Shown here piece after piece: positions 31,971 through 32,000 of a stretch of 32,000 nt of DNA. The translations under genes were made by a program, and so were the position numbers. Under the pieces are notes generated by a model that did not search any database, had not been told where the DNA came from, and saw only the letters and a program-made list of their open reading frames with translations. This stretch comes from Tannockella kyphosi (GTDB lineage: Bacteria; Bacillota_I; Bacilli_A; Erysipelotrichales; Coprobacillaceae), in contig NZ_CP088239.1 in NCBI RefSeq assembly GCF_021054785.1, forward strand, positions 1,950,001 through 1,982,000. The letters are read 5' to 3'. The stretch's first letter is position 1; each line of letters starts with the position of its first letter.

Positions 31971-32000
31971 AATAAGGTCCTTAGGAACCTTATTTTTTTT
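31971..32000 (+). terminator. Terminator after the third HAD gene
   Basis: AATAAGGT(CC)-TTA-(GG)AACCTTATT forms a stem with one bulge and is followed by T8 at the window edge. Confidence 0.7.

Noticed and set aside
1-32000. Search for CRISPR arrays, tRNA/rRNA genes, IS elements, integrases, prophage genes and known defence systems (RM, Abi, CBASS, retron etc.).
   Set aside because: None was seen. There are no spaced direct-repeat arrays, no GC-rich structured RNA-like islands, and no transposase, integrase, RT or nuclease-helicase ORFs among the 29 genes. Apart from the left edge, the window looks like ordinary chromosomal backbone.

Overview
Low-GC (about 30% by eye, not computed) Bacillota-type chromosomal segment, densely packed with 29 protein-coding genes. 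I saw no rRNA, tRNA, CRISPR array, transposase, integrase or phage structural gene. Most of the content is ordinary core or metabolic. It includes ung behind two tandem Cof-type HAD phosphatases, a CapA-like/VanY-like wall-enzyme pair, a Cu(I) P-type ATPase, and a heterodimeric ABC exporter co-transcribed with a Trm11/UPF0020-like methyltransferase. It also includes an O-antigen-ligase-like membrane protein, an Ig-repeat polysaccharide deacetylase, a degenerate-GGDEF/EAL phosphodiesterase and an SDR. There are two tight operons (YheO-like regulator / CBS-pyrophosphatase / RqcP, and cation:proton antiporter / GNAT / HD), plus a MATE exporter, a MerR(GyrI-like) regulator upstream of an amine-dehydrogenase-like gene, NfnAB and a third Cof-type HAD. 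Only the left 2.5 kb looks accessory: a partial XRE-HTH membrane protein, a Fic protein with a wHTH tail, a small zinc-ribbon ORF, a 3x12-bp tandem repeat and a 35-bp fic-internal segment duplicated 1,075 bp away. I did not find convincing evidence for a complete, previously undescribed multi-gene system, and I say so rather than inflate one. The best leads are (i) the fic direct-repeat/tandem-repeat architecture, (ii) a MerR-type TTGACC-19nt-TATAGT promoter inside a 48-bp palindrome in front of an orphan amine-dehydrogenase-like gene, (iii) a fossil or functional SD+ATG in front of the C-terminal HMA (CopZ-like) domain of copA, and (iv) an orphan intrinsic terminator with paired palindromes in the 346-bp gap upstream of the HAD-HAD-ung operon. 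Six ORF-track starts appear too far upstream and were trimmed on the basis of SD and promoter positions. Product calls come from motifs read in the translations and recalled family knowledge; no database search was possible.
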